From NCBI GenBank assembly GCA_964230645.1, contig CAXRHT010000001.1:576001-640000 (forward strand): a stretch of 64,000 bases of DNA, read 5' to 3'. The translations under genes and the position numbers were made by a program. Below are positions 29,116 to 38,460 of this stretch, in pieces (within the stretch, counting starts at the first letter, position 1; the number at the start of each line of letters is the position of its first letter). The notes below the pieces were generated by a model. The model was given only the letters and a program-made list of their open reading frames with translations. It did not search any database and was not told the DNA's origin. Source of the DNA: Bdellovibrionales bacterium (GTDB taxonomy: Bacteria; Bdellovibrionota; Bdellovibrionia; Bdellovibrionales; JAGQZY01).

Positions 29116-30061
29116 TATTACTGAGAGTCGTCCAATGGCCTTTTAAATTTTGATTATAAAATTCAAGAGCCAAGTCTTTCTGGTCCGAACGCCAGAGAAG
29201 ATGCACATTGGGGCCAGCGTCCATAGTAACAACCGGCCCATCCCCTTTTTCTTCCCAGAAGTTCCGAGTTTTTTCTAACACTTCAAAAGTTCCAGGGAGA
29301 AAATAACTAAAGCTCGGTTCACTGGTTTCAAACAAAGCATGCATATCCCAAAATTCAGCCCACACCACCTGATAAAGGTTTTCCCAATTTCCACTGGTCA
29401 GATTTCCTAGAACCTTTTCGAGGCGCTGGCTTGTTCGTTCCGCTCGCCCCTTAAATAAGAGACTTGATTCTACCTTTTTGTGAGCCAGGCTAGAAGAAAC
29501 TTTTTTCGCCCCACCACCTACGATCACCACCATGTGATTCAAGGAATCTATGGCAAAATCTTTTGGTCCCAAGCTTTGCTCTTCCCACAGAACAAAACCT
29601 GACCAAAAGGATCGACAAGAAGAACCTGACCCTCGAGCGGACATCATCGCTTTTTCTTTCGTTGAAAATTTCTTTGTAGACAAATCTTCACAAGCTTTGA
29701 AGGCCACTTCTGTAAGGGCTGCAAAGCTTGAAGCGGAACTGGCGATCCCGCAATCGGCCGGAAAATTGTTGGCTGATTTTACTTTAAACTTTTCTTTCAC
29801 GCCAAAAAGGTCTTTGACTCTTTGCAGGTGATTTAAAAACTTCTCCCGACCAAGGGGGCTCATCTCAAAAGGAAAATCACTCTCTCCTGGCTCCCAAGTA
29901 TCGGAGTCTCCAGCGTGGGTTTGTAATTCAACCTTTGAGGTCAAATGATCCAAAGTCCAAGAAAAAGAGGAATTACTGGGGATGTTTTTTTCTTTATCTT
30001 TTTTCCCCATATACTTGATCAGAGCAATATTGGAGGGTTTCTCGGCCGTCCAAGAGGTCAT
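29087..30061 (-). CDS. mvaD: Diphosphomevalonate decarboxylase
   Basis: SNIALIKYMGK, GIASSAS, GSGSSCRS, TMDAGPNVH. Confidence 0.95.
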   Translation of the reverse strand: MTSWTAEKPSNIALIKYMGKKDKEKNIPSNSSFSWTLDHLTSKVELQTHAGDSDTWEPGESDFPFEMSPLGREKFLNHLQRVKDLFGVKEKFKVKSANNFPADCGIASSASSFAALTEVAFKACEDLSTKKFSTKEKAMMSARGSGSSCRSFWSGFVLWEEQSLGPKDFAIDSLNHMVVIVGGGAKKVSSSLAHKKVESSLLFKGRAERTSQRLEKVLGNLTSGNWENLYQVVWAEFWDMHALFETSEPSFSYFLPGTFEVLEKTRNFWEEKGDGPVVTMDAGPNVHLLWRSDQKDLALEFYNQNLKGHWTTLSNIEDIGFARV

Positions 30062-30732
30062 TTCAAGTCATCTCCTAAACTCTTATTCCAATGAAGAGGC
30101 ACTTCACTCTTTTCAGAAAGCCGATTCATGTAAGCATCCAGGTTCTTCGGGAACTCAAGGCCCTTCACTGTGGTTAAACACCGAAGGGTTGCAAATACAT
30201 GAAAGTCATCCCAGGTGAGATCATCACCCCAAAAATATTCGCCGTCTTGATAAATCTCTTCTAATCTTTGTAAGTGCTTTTCGGCAAAGTTGATAAGATC
30301 TTTTGTGATAAAGAGGTTTTGCTCAAAGGGTCCTATGGAATCGTATTTTTTATGGGTAAAATAATCGATGGCACTTTGAGTTTTAAACTCTCCTAAGCCC
30401 ATTGCCACCCATCGAGGCATGGCAAGAGCATATGTGTACTGACGAGATTCCTTGAGCCATTGGCTTAACTCTTCCGACTCTGGCGCAGTATGAACTATGG
30501 GCTCACCATAACTTGCCGACTGATCGATTGTCGCGATGATATCAAGACTCTCTGGAACGTACTGTCCCACTTGTTTCTCAAGGATAGGCAGCATCTTTTT
30601 TCCGATCATTTCAATCGGTGTTTTTTCATCGTCGTTTAAAAGCTCAACGACTTCAACGGCCACATCCTTGAGTCCAAAGATCATGCGGGCTTTTACACAG
30701 TAGGGACAGTGATCGTAGACATAGAGCTTCAT
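30058..30732 (-). CDS. grxB: Glutaredoxin 2
   Basis: MKLYVYDHCPYCVKARMIFGLK, ESLDI; typical Grx2 length. Confidence 0.93.
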   Translation of the reverse strand: MKLYVYDHCPYCVKARMIFGLKDVAVEVVELLNDDEKTPIEMIGKKMLPILEKQVGQYVPESLDIIATIDQSASYGEPIVHTAPESEELSQWLKESRQYTYALAMPRWVAMGLGEFKTQSAIDYFTHKKYDSIGPFEQNLFITKDLINFAEKHLQRLEEIYQDGEYFWGDDLTWDDFHVFATLRCLTTVKGLEFPKNLDAYMNRLSEKSEVPLHWNKSLGDDLK

Positions 30733-31628
30733 ACTGGCCGCCTTAGTCTCGCACCTGGGTGAGACTGACTAAGACTACTGATGTATTGAAAGTCTTCGCT
30801 ATAACAGAGGCTCTTTACTTTCTCAGCATTGGAGGACTCAGCTAAAATAATAACCGTATCAATACCCATTGCCCCGCAACCTTTGGCGGCTAGAACTTCT
30901 GGATTTTTCCTTAGTTTATGAACACTTTTTTGAACCCTTAGGTCACTCAAGCCCATCTCTCCCAAAATGTCATAGTAGTAGTTCAAAGACTCAGAAAACA
31001 CTTTGAGATTCTCTTGATCAAAGGCTGTACGAGCTGCCAAGAGAATAGGAATAAGAGACTTCAAGTCTTTGCTTTTGAGATCCCTTAGATGTTCGTGGGT
31101 GGCTAACTTTTGCCCAGTATGAAAAATAAAAATATCATAACCCGGAAAAGGCCAAGCCAATTTTTCGGCAATGTAGTTCATGCCATCATACCAGCAAAGA
31201 CCACCGCAGACTTGAGCGACTAAATCAGCACCACTAGGTTTATAATCACTACCAGCATGTTGTTGGTAGGATTGAACGAAGTCTTCGAGATCATCCAGAA
31301 TCTTTTCGTTTAAATCCTCAGTTTGGGCGTCATGATATTGATCGTAAAGATAGACGGAAAGATATTCAGCTGTTGATCGACCAAAACCACCGCGCCCCTG
31401 GTGAGGGTCTACAAAAGAATAGCCCACGGAATCTTGAGAGAGCTCTTTTCGTAATCGGCCGGCTGGGCTATCGGGATGGAAACCAAAATTTTTGTCCTCA
31501 ATGAGTTTCACGAAAAAACTTGGTTCAGAGGCTAGGACCATCGAAGCTGTTCCATTGATGGCCAGATACTCGCCAATGATGAATGTCTTACTTGGAATTT
31601 CTATGGCTAAATCTGTTTTTGAACTCAT
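30729..31628 (-). CDS. GHMP kinase, probable phosphomevalonate kinase
   Basis: PSKTFIIGEY, GGFGRSTA, SGAD, KGCGAMG; position in the mevalonate operon. Confidence 0.78.
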   Translation of the reverse strand: MSSKTDLAIEIPSKTFIIGEYLAINGTASMVLASEPSFFVKLIEDKNFGFHPDSPAGRLRKELSQDSVGYSFVDPHQGRGGFGRSTAEYLSVYLYDQYHDAQTEDLNEKILDDLEDFVQSYQQHAGSDYKPSGADLVAQVCGGLCWYDGMNYIAEKLAWPFPGYDIFIFHTGQKLATHEHLRDLKSKDLKSLIPILLAARTAFDQENLKVFSESLNYYYDILGEMGLSDLRVQKSVHKLRKNPEVLAAKGCGAMGIDTVIILAESSNAEKVKSLCYSEDFQYISSLSQSHPGARLRRPV

Positions 31629-32929
31629 CGGATCGCCGGGTTTTCCTGAACCGGAGCGCGGTTACGAAGACTTTGAAGAATTTGCCAAGCATCAGTATGA
31701 GAGATTCGTTTTTTCACAGCTAAGAGCTGCTCTAACTTTTTCTGCAATGGTCGGCTTTCTTCTTCATTGGCTCCCACGCCGAGAGTTAAATTTTTGATAT
31801 GTAATTTCATATGCCCTTCAATGATACCAACTGTTGTCAAAGCTTTCAGGGCTCCTAAATTCTGCACTAAACCTACAGCGGCACAAATTTGAGCAAGTTC
31901 ACTACTACTTTTAACTTTCAGCATTTCTAAACAAAGTCTTGCCGTGGGATGAAGAGATGTCACCCCACCCACAGTGCCCACCACAAGGGGGGCTTCGAAA
32001 ACACCTTGAAGTTTGCCGTTGTTATAGCGCCACTGGGTGATCGCCCGATACTGACCATCACGACTGGCATAAGCGTGAATCCCTGCTTCGACAGCTCTCC
32101 AGTCATTACCAGTAGCGACAAGGATTGGATCGATCCCGTTAAGAACTCCTTTATTGTGAGTGGCCGCGCGATAGGGATCACTTTCAGCAAAAATGGAGGC
32201 TTCCTCGATTTTCTCCCCCATCTCGGCTTCCACATCGTTGATCTCTACTTCGGCGACCGTAAGCTTACTATCAACAAGGTTTGATAAAATACACATTGTC
32301 ACAGTTTCACCGGAGAGTTCCTGGATGGGAGCTTTCAAAAATTCGCACACCTGATTGATCATATTCGCACCCATAGCATCACAAGGATTAAAATGGACAT
32401 GGAATACGGCCATTTCAAAACCATCTTCCCTAGAAACCTTTCTTAGCAGGATATCTTCAACCCCACCTCCACGAGCCACCATGGAAGAGGCCACGTTTTG
32501 GTTCACATCCTGAATCAATTGCGCTTTGTTCTCCTTTAGAATTGTCTCAAGCTTTTTGAAATCTTTGGTTCGGCCAATTTGAATTTGTCCGATAATATTA
32601 CCACCCACAGTTTTTGTGGATATCTTACCTTTTTGACGAATCCAGCGGGCCGTTTTACTGGCGGCCGCTATAATTGAGGTCTCCTCCACAGCCATAGGAA
32701 TCACACGATCGGTCCCATCAATATTAAAGTTCGTGGCTACTCCTAAAGGAAGCTGCATATAACCAATTGAATTTTCAATAAATTTGTCGGCAAGACTAGG
32801 ATCTTGTACTCCCCCTTTAGAGAGATAATCGATATCTGACTTTGTCAGGGCTCCCATAGCGAGAAGTCGTTCAAATCTTTCGTCGCGATCAAGCTTTGAG
32901 AAACCCTTAAATAAACTCTCTATTTCCAT
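31625..32929 (-). CDS. mvaA: HMG-CoA reductase, class II
   Basis: ENSIG, EETSIIAA, DAMGAN, RAATHNKG, GHMKLH. Confidence 0.95.
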   Translation of the reverse strand: MEIESLFKGFSKLDRDERFERLLAMGALTKSDIDYLSKGGVQDPSLADKFIENSIGYMQLPLGVATNFNIDGTDRVIPMAVEETSIIAAASKTARWIRQKGKISTKTVGGNIIGQIQIGRTKDFKKLETILKENKAQLIQDVNQNVASSMVARGGGVEDILLRKVSREDGFEMAVFHVHFNPCDAMGANMINQVCEFLKAPIQELSGETVTMCILSNLVDSKLTVAEVEINDVEAEMGEKIEEASIFAESDPYRAATHNKGVLNGIDPILVATGNDWRAVEAGIHAYASRDGQYRAITQWRYNNGKLQGVFEAPLVVGTVGGVTSLHPTARLCLEMLKVKSSSELAQICAAVGLVQNLGALKALTTVGIIEGHMKLHIKNLTLGVGANEEESRPLQKKLEQLLAVKKRISHTDAWQILQSLRNRAPVQENPAIR

Positions 32930-33969
32930 AGCAGCAATTCCCTTTTTCCAACGAGGTTTTCTATTTTATCGATACCTAAACAAAACATAGCAATTTTTAG
33001 TTCTTTTTCTAACTGATCCATTTTGGCTTCAAGAGACTCTGTTCCTTTAAGAGCCTCTTTCAATATGGGTTGCGCAAAGCCCACCATCTTCGCTCCCTGC
33101 ACGAGAAGTTTCGCTGCATCAAGCCCTGATCTTACCCCTCCAGAGGCCCAAAGATCACAATTCAATGGACTGGATAAACCATTTTCAAGGGAGTCGACAG
33201 TCGATAGACCCCAATTAGCAAAGCTAGCTCCCACTGAATAGTCCGTTGTTCCCTCTTTCATACGAAGAGTTTCCACCCGCCCCCAGTGCGTTCCCCCAAG
33301 GCCACTTACATCAATGGCCTTCAAACCAACATCTTTTAATTTCGCAAAGGATTGTTTAGAAAAACCACAACCCGTTTCTTTTAAAACAACGGGAACGTTT
33401 AATTGTGAGCAAAGTTTTTCAAGGGCTTTGAGGCCGCCTCGAAACTGGGGTGTGCCCTCAGGTTGGATCGCCTCCTGCAGAGGGTTTGTGTGAACAACTA
33501 AAAATTGCGCTCCGAGCGAGTCGACAAGGGCTTGTAAATTCTTGATAGGGCAATCGATGATTTGGGAAAGACCAATATTTCCAAAAAGAATGGCTTTCGG
33601 AAAATTCTCGCGAATGGTCTCACACTCTTTGAAAGCTTCTGGATCAAAAAGTTGTCTTCTTTGGGAACCCACTCCCATCATCCAACCTTTTCTTTCACAA
33701 AGCTCCATCATTGTGTCGTTGAGAGTCTTTGCACCCGTATGACCAAGTGTCATCGAGCTTACAAAAAGGGGGGCATTGAGCGAATGTCCAAAAACCTTTG
33801 TGGACAAGTCCACATCGGAAAAATCTATTTCTGGTATGGGATTGTGCTGCAGCTCCAGTTTTGAGAACTGATCATTTTGAGCCTGAGAATTCTCCTTGAG
33901 AGAAATATCAATATGATCTCTCTTCCTCTGAGTGAATACATCAGAGGAAGAACTGGATGGCTGTTGCAA
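32920..33969 (-). CDS. fni: Type 2 isopentenyl-diphosphate isomerase
   Basis: RKRDHI, GSQR, NPLQE, KETGCG, GGT, SGGVR. Confidence 0.95.
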   Translation of the reverse strand: MQQPSSSSSDVFTQRKRDHIDISLKENSQAQNDQFSKLELQHNPIPEIDFSDVDLSTKVFGHSLNAPLFVSSMTLGHTGAKTLNDTMMELCERKGWMMGVGSQRRQLFDPEAFKECETIRENFPKAILFGNIGLSQIIDCPIKNLQALVDSLGAQFLVVHTNPLQEAIQPEGTPQFRGGLKALEKLCSQLNVPVVLKETGCGFSKQSFAKLKDVGLKAIDVSGLGGTHWGRVETLRMKEGTTDYSVGASFANWGLSTVDSLENGLSSPLNCDLWASGGVRSGLDAAKLLVQGAKMVGFAQPILKEALKGTESLEAKMDQLEKELKIAMFCLGIDKIENLVGKRELLLWK

Positions 33970-33980
33970 AGGAGTCTCCC

Positions 33981-34328
33981 TTATTGGGGCATCACCTGTT
34001 TTACTAAGGCCGTAAATGAATCGGGATCTGTCACAGCGATATCAGCAAGAATCTTTCGATCGATTTCCAAATTAGACTGAGTGATGGCACCCATTAACTT
34101 GGAGTAGCTGGTTCCGTTGAGTTTTGCCGCAGCTGAGATTCGAGTGATCCACAACTTTCTGAATTCACGCTTTTTAGCCTTGCGATCTCTGTATGAGTAC
34201 ACAAGACCACGGTCGTTTTTCTCTTTAGCGACAGCATAGAGACGACTACCGGCTCCGCGGTAACCTTCCGCGCGATCCAAAACCTTATTACGACGACGAC
34301 GAGCTTTTACACCTCTTTTTACACGCAT
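33981..34328 (-). CDS. rplT: 50S ribosomal protein L20
   Basis: MRVKRG, YRDRK, FRKLWITRI, DRKILA. Confidence 0.98.
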   Translation of the reverse strand: MRVKRGVKARRRRNKVLDRAEGYRGAGSRLYAVAKEKNDRGLVYSYRDRKAKKREFRKLWITRISAAAKLNGTSYSKLMGAITQSNLEIDRKILADIAVTDPDSFTALVKQVMPQ

Positions 34329-34342
34329 TTTCTATACTCCCG

Positions 34343-34534
34343 TTACAGATTCAAACACTTTTGAATGTTATCAAGATTGGCTTGGTCGACATATTTTTTA
34401 GGACCAAGTTGACGCTTTCTCTTAGCACTTTTGTTGCTAAGGATGTGGCGTAAACCTTGTTGTTTCCTCTTGATCTTGTCACGGCTTTTTACGCGGAAGC
34501 GTTTTTTAGCACCAGAGTGGGTCTTTTGCTTCAT
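34343..34534 (-). CDS. rpmI: 50S ribosomal protein L35
   Basis: [14 protein letters not shown]; directly upstream of rplT. Confidence 0.96.
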   Translation of the reverse strand: MKQKTHSGAKKRFRVKSRDKIKRKQQGLRHILSNKSAKRKRQLGPKKYVDQANLDNIQKCLNL

Positions 34535-34642
34535 GATGGTTCCTTTCCCTGAAGGCGAAATCTCCTTAATTGGAAATCCACTTATAATGAGCCTTTAGTA
34601 GATTGTGCCGAAGGTTTTAGCCCATTATGCCGCGTTTGTCCA
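34535..34642 (-). promoter_or_regulatory. sigma70-like promoter and structured 5' leader of rpmI-rplT (candidate L20 leader)
   Basis: TGGACA (34642-34637)-N17-TAAAAC (34619-34614). AAGGC/GCCTT stem encloses a GATTTCC/GGAGATT hairpin just before the SD. Confidence 0.55.
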
Positions 34643-34986
34643 TACCTTTACTGGGAATTCAAGGGGGTCAGGCCTCTCCGTTAAACACAATAACCCTCCC
34701 CTAAATTACTGATTTTGCTTACCTTTTGATCCGCACCTCATCGAACGCTCTCGACGAGGAGAAAGTCTCAGAAAAAATAGGAGGCTCAGGCAAACGACAC
34801 AAGGATCAAAGCCTGCCCCACTACGATGCTAAGTACTGCTGACAGGTTGATTCTTTGCGCTCTTGAAAGACCCATTTTCCACTAAAATGAGGCGGTGGAA
34901 GAGCCAGCCAGGCAAGCCCTTTTGGTCTGTTCTAAAAACAAATTGTTATTTAAATGAAGTCTTCCTGCCTGGCGAGTATTAGAAAC

Positions 34987-35017
34987 AAAAAAAGCCTCTC
35001 GGAGTGGAGAGGCTTTT
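34987..35017 (-). terminator. Intrinsic terminator after infC
   Basis: AAAAGCCTCTC-N6-GAGAGGCTTTT with a U7 tract on the minus strand. Confidence 0.88.
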
Positions 35018-35047
35018 GGTAAATCTTAAAGACTAAAAGGAAAAATC

Positions 35048-35662
35048 TTAAGAATTGGAAGCTTGTTTTTCTTCCATCTTCTTTTCTTGTTTTTTCTTTT
35101 GCTCATACTCTTTGATTTTAGCGGAATCAGGCGCCATCACCACAAAAAGTTGGCGACCTTCCATTTTTGGTTCCACTTCTGCTGTGGCTAAATCACTAAG
35201 TTTACCCATCACTTTTCTGAGAACTTCTGCACCCACTTCTTTGTGAGCCATTTCTCGACCATGATAGCGGAGATTCACTTTAACCTTATCGCCAGAGAGT
35301 AAGAATTTTCGAGCATGATTGAGCTTGGTTTCCAGATCGTGGTCATCGGTGCGAGGTCGAATTTGGATCTCTTTAACGGTGATCACGTTTTGCTTTTTCT
35401 TAGCAGCCTGGGCCTTTTTCTTATTTTCATATTTCCACTTACCATAATCCATCATTTTACAGGTGGGTGGTTTTGCGTTGGGTGCAATTTCAATAAGATC
35501 CAGATTTTTTTCACCGGCTAATTTAAGAGCTTCTTGAATGGAATGTACTCCCATCATTTGCCCTTCTTCATCAATAACACGAACCTCACGGGCTGTGATC
35601 CGGTCGTTGACTCGATATTTTTCTTTTGGTGGGGCCTGACGCCCGCCACGTGGTCTGCGAAT
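35048..35662 (-). CDS. infC: Translation initiation factor IF-3 (ATT start)
   Basis: Frame extends 35 codons above the ORF-track start through RVNDRITAREVRVI to an ATT preceded by GGAGG; DLIEIAP, MDYGK, GREM. Confidence 0.95.
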   Translation of the reverse strand: MRRPRGGRQAPPKEKYRVNDRITAREVRVIDEEGQMMGVHSIQEALKLAGEKNLDLIEIAPNAKPPTCKMMDYGKWKYENKKKAQAAKKKQNVITVKEIQIRPRTDDHDLETKLNHARKFLLSGDKVKVNLRYHGREMAHKEVGAEVLRKVMGKLSDLATAEVEPKMEGRQLFVVMAPDSAKIKEYEQKKKQEKKMEEKQASNS

Positions 35663-35677
35663 AAGGTCCTCCTTTGG

Positions 35678-37618
35678 TTAAACCTTGATTAGATTTTCTC
35701 TACTTTTTGTTTCGATTTCTTTGTTAACGGTTTTAATAAAGTCCTCAATACTCATGGCAGGACTTGTTTCTCCTGTTCGCACTCGTACAGAAACTTGATT
35801 GTCTTCTAATTCTTTGTCCCCAATGATCATCATATAGGGCACTTTTTGTAATTGGTTTTCTCGGATTTTGTAGCCAAGCTTTTCATTGCGATCATCAAAG
35901 TGAACACGAACACCTTGCTCTTCCAATTGCTTCTTAATTTTCAAACAGTACTCTTTTTGCCTGTCGGTCACATTAAGAATGCTTACCTGGGTTGGGCAGA
36001 GCCATAAAGGAAATTTACCATCCATATGTTCAATATAAATACCGATAAAACGCTCAAGAGTTCCTAGAATCGCTCGGTGAAGTAAAACCGGTTGATGCTC
36101 TTGGTTGTCTTCTCCCACGTAGGAGAGCTCAAAGTTTTTAGGCATATTAAAATCCACTTGCATGGTTCCAAGCTGCCAAGTCCGTTTCATCACGTCTACA
36201 AAATGAATTTCAATTTTAGGACCATAAAAAGCACCATCACCAGGACTAATTTCATAGGGAATATCAAGTGACTTGAGAGCTGTTTCAAGAGCTTGCTCCG
36301 ATTGATCCCATATGTCGTCACTCCCTAATCGATCTTCTGGGCGAGTGGCCACATAGACTTTGAAATCCGCTAAACCAAGAGTGTCGTAGATCTCTTTAAG
36401 CATTTGCATAAAAGACTGAATCTCACTTTGCATTTGCTCCACAGTACAAAAAATATGAGCATCATCCTGACACATCGAACGCACACGAGTGAGCCCATGC
36501 AAAGCCCCACTGGCTTCGTAGCGATGCAGACGGCCGAAGTCAGCAATTCTCATCGGTAGCTCACGATAGGAGTGTTTTTCAGAAGCATAAAGAAGACAGT
36601 GACCAGGGCAATTCATCGGTTTTACACCCGTAACCCCTTTATCACCAAGCTCACTAAAGTACATATTGTCTTGATAATGATCGTAGTGGCCGGAAGCCTT
36701 ATAAAGTGCCACATCATATATTTGAGGGGTGATCACTTCACTGTATTCGTATTTTTTGTAACAGTCGCGAATGTAGCCCGTCAGTTCATTATAGATAGTT
36801 GTTCCACGAGGGGTGAAAAACGGCATCCCCGGAGCCCAATCATGAAACATGAATAGACCTAGGTCTTTTCCAACCTTCCTGTGGTCTCGTTTTTTAGCTT
36901 CCTCTAGGAAATGAAGATACTCTTTGAGTTCTTTCTTGTCGTTAAAGGCCGTTCCATAAACACGCTGAAGCTGTTTGTTATTTTGGTCTCCGCGCCAATA
37001 GGCTCCAGCCAAACTCATCACCTTCACAGCTTTGACTTGCCCGGTGTGCTGCACATGGGGCCCACGACAGAGATCAAACCACTCCCCTTGGGAGTAGACA
37101 GAAACCTCGTCTTCTCCAAGGTCACGAATAATTTCTGCCTTATAGGTTTCACCCATGTCGTTAAAAATTTTAATCGCTTTTTCGGCGGACCAAACTTCTT
37201 TTGTCACAGGAAGATTTCTTTTAACAATTTCCTTCATTTTCTTTTCAATCTTAGCAAGGTCGTCAGAGGAGAAAGGAGTTTTTGGATCAAAATCATAATA
37301 GAAACCGGAATCAACCACAGGACCTATCGTCACTTTTACATCATCGAAGAGCTCTTGTACGGCTTGCGCCATAATGTGAGCCCCAGAGTGTCTGAGCACT
37401 TCTCTGCCCTCAGGAGATTGCGCAGTCACTATAGAGAGCTGATCGCCATCATTAAGCTTTGTGCGCAAATCCACCACTTCTTTTGAGTCGTTGATTTGCC
37501 CACCAACAGTGGACTTCGCTAAGCCCGAACCGATGCTCTCGGCCACTTCTAGTACAGTTGGCTCGTGATCAAAGGATTTTATGGAGTTATCAGGTAAACG
37601 GATCTTTATCGATGACAT
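35678..37618 (-). CDS. thrS: Threonine-tRNA ligase
   Basis: RHSGAH, DLCRGPH, RDHRK, KPMNCPGH, QDDAH, HRAILG. Confidence 0.98.
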   Translation of the reverse strand: MSSIKIRLPDNSIKSFDHEPTVLEVAESIGSGLAKSTVGGQINDSKEVVDLRTKLNDGDQLSIVTAQSPEGREVLRHSGAHIMAQAVQELFDDVKVTIGPVVDSGFYYDFDPKTPFSSDDLAKIEKKMKEIVKRNLPVTKEVWSAEKAIKIFNDMGETYKAEIIRDLGEDEVSVYSQGEWFDLCRGPHVQHTGQVKAVKVMSLAGAYWRGDQNNKQLQRVYGTAFNDKKELKEYLHFLEEAKKRDHRKVGKDLGLFMFHDWAPGMPFFTPRGTTIYNELTGYIRDCYKKYEYSEVITPQIYDVALYKASGHYDHYQDNMYFSELGDKGVTGVKPMNCPGHCLLYASEKHSYRELPMRIADFGRLHRYEASGALHGLTRVRSMCQDDAHIFCTVEQMQSEIQSFMQMLKEIYDTLGLADFKVYVATRPEDRLGSDDIWDQSEQALETALKSLDIPYEISPGDGAFYGPKIEIHFVDVMKRTWQLGTMQVDFNMPKNFELSYVGEDNQEHQPVLLHRAILGTLERFIGIYIEHMDGKFPLWLCPTQVSILNVTDRQKEYCLKIKKQLEEQGVRVHFDDRNEKLGYKIRENQLQKVPYMMIIGDKELEDNQVSVRVRTGETSPAMSIEDFIKTVNKEIETKSRENLIKV

Positions 37619-37771
37619 CGAGGGATTAACAGGTGGTAAAAAGATCGTAGTTAGATTGATTCATTCCTTTTTTTATCTCTAAAAATGGCTCATTTTGCAA
37701 GTCTTAATAGCTGAGATGCAATATGGAAGGGCATTAGGTCTCAAATTTCAACTATCATCGAGAATTCTGCC

Positions 37772-38341
37772 CTACTGACAAGAAAAGCCGCGATTACTGA
37801 CGTCAGGAGCCCCTAGAAACGAAAAACTAAAGGAAGGTGCCCCCGATGAGGAAGTGGAGGTTCCCGGCATTAGAGAGAGATCACAGTTTTCTAAAGCCCA
37901 GAGGCCATCGACGGTGAATGTCGACTCATCCGGACAAGTGTATCGAATGACGGATCCAAAGGATTCAGCCCGAAAGACCCCGTAGTCTCTGGTGTGAAGG
38001 GTAAAATCTGAGCCCTCTTCCTCAAAGGCCAAACAAAAGGCACCATCGTTAATTTCGAAATTCCAGTCTTCTGTAGCCGTAGGATCAGAGGTGTTCACCG
38101 CCTGATTGAACGTGATCGTACGCCCCCCTTGAGTGCACTGAGAACCATCTCCAGCGAGTGTCCCTTGAGTTCCAACACCCCATAAACAGGTTTCCGCAAA
38201 GGCGACACTTTGCCTCCAACAGCTTTGGCTGTCCTCGAAAAAAGAGCAGGATTGAACACCTGTTAGGGTCTCAGACGAACTCTCTTCGCTCTGGCAAGAA
38301 AGAAGGAATGAAAAAAGAAAAAGGCTTAAAAATAACTTCAT
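37772..38341 (-). CDS. Cys-containing lipoprotein, unknown function
   Basis: LLSC lipobox; 8 further Cys. Confidence 0.75.
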   Translation of the reverse strand: MKLFLSLFLFSFLLSCQSEESSSETLTGVQSCSFFEDSQSCWRQSVAFAETCLWGVGTQGTLAGDGSQCTQGGRTITFNQAVNTSDPTATEDWNFEINDGAFCLAFEEEGSDFTLHTRDYGVFRAESFGSVIRYTCPDESTFTVDGLWALENCDLSLMPGTSTSSSGAPSFSFSFLGAPDVSNRGFSCQ

Positions 38342-38408
38342 AACTTAAAAGCTTAGTTCCGATCTTTAGAGATAGCAAAAGAGTTATGACCTCACCTGTT
38401 AGGCACTA

Positions 38409-38439
38409 TTAAAAAAGGCCCTCTAAGGGCCTTTTTTAA
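38409..38439. terminator. Intrinsic terminator (bidirectional form) after actF
   Basis: TTAAAAAAGGCCCT-CTA-AGGGCCTTTTTTAA, a perfect inverted repeat. Confidence 0.9.
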
Positions 38440-38460
38440 CAATTTAAATAGAGGGTTCTT

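Noticed and set aside
34786..34850. c-di-GMP-I riboswitch (GGCAAAC...AAAGCC on the plus strand)
   Set aside because: No P2 stem with GNRA loop, and no downstream gene in that orientation.
36911..37486. 191-aa plus-strand ORF and similar short ORFs inside housekeeping genes
   Set aside because: Antisense or out-of-frame shadows of well-supported genes.
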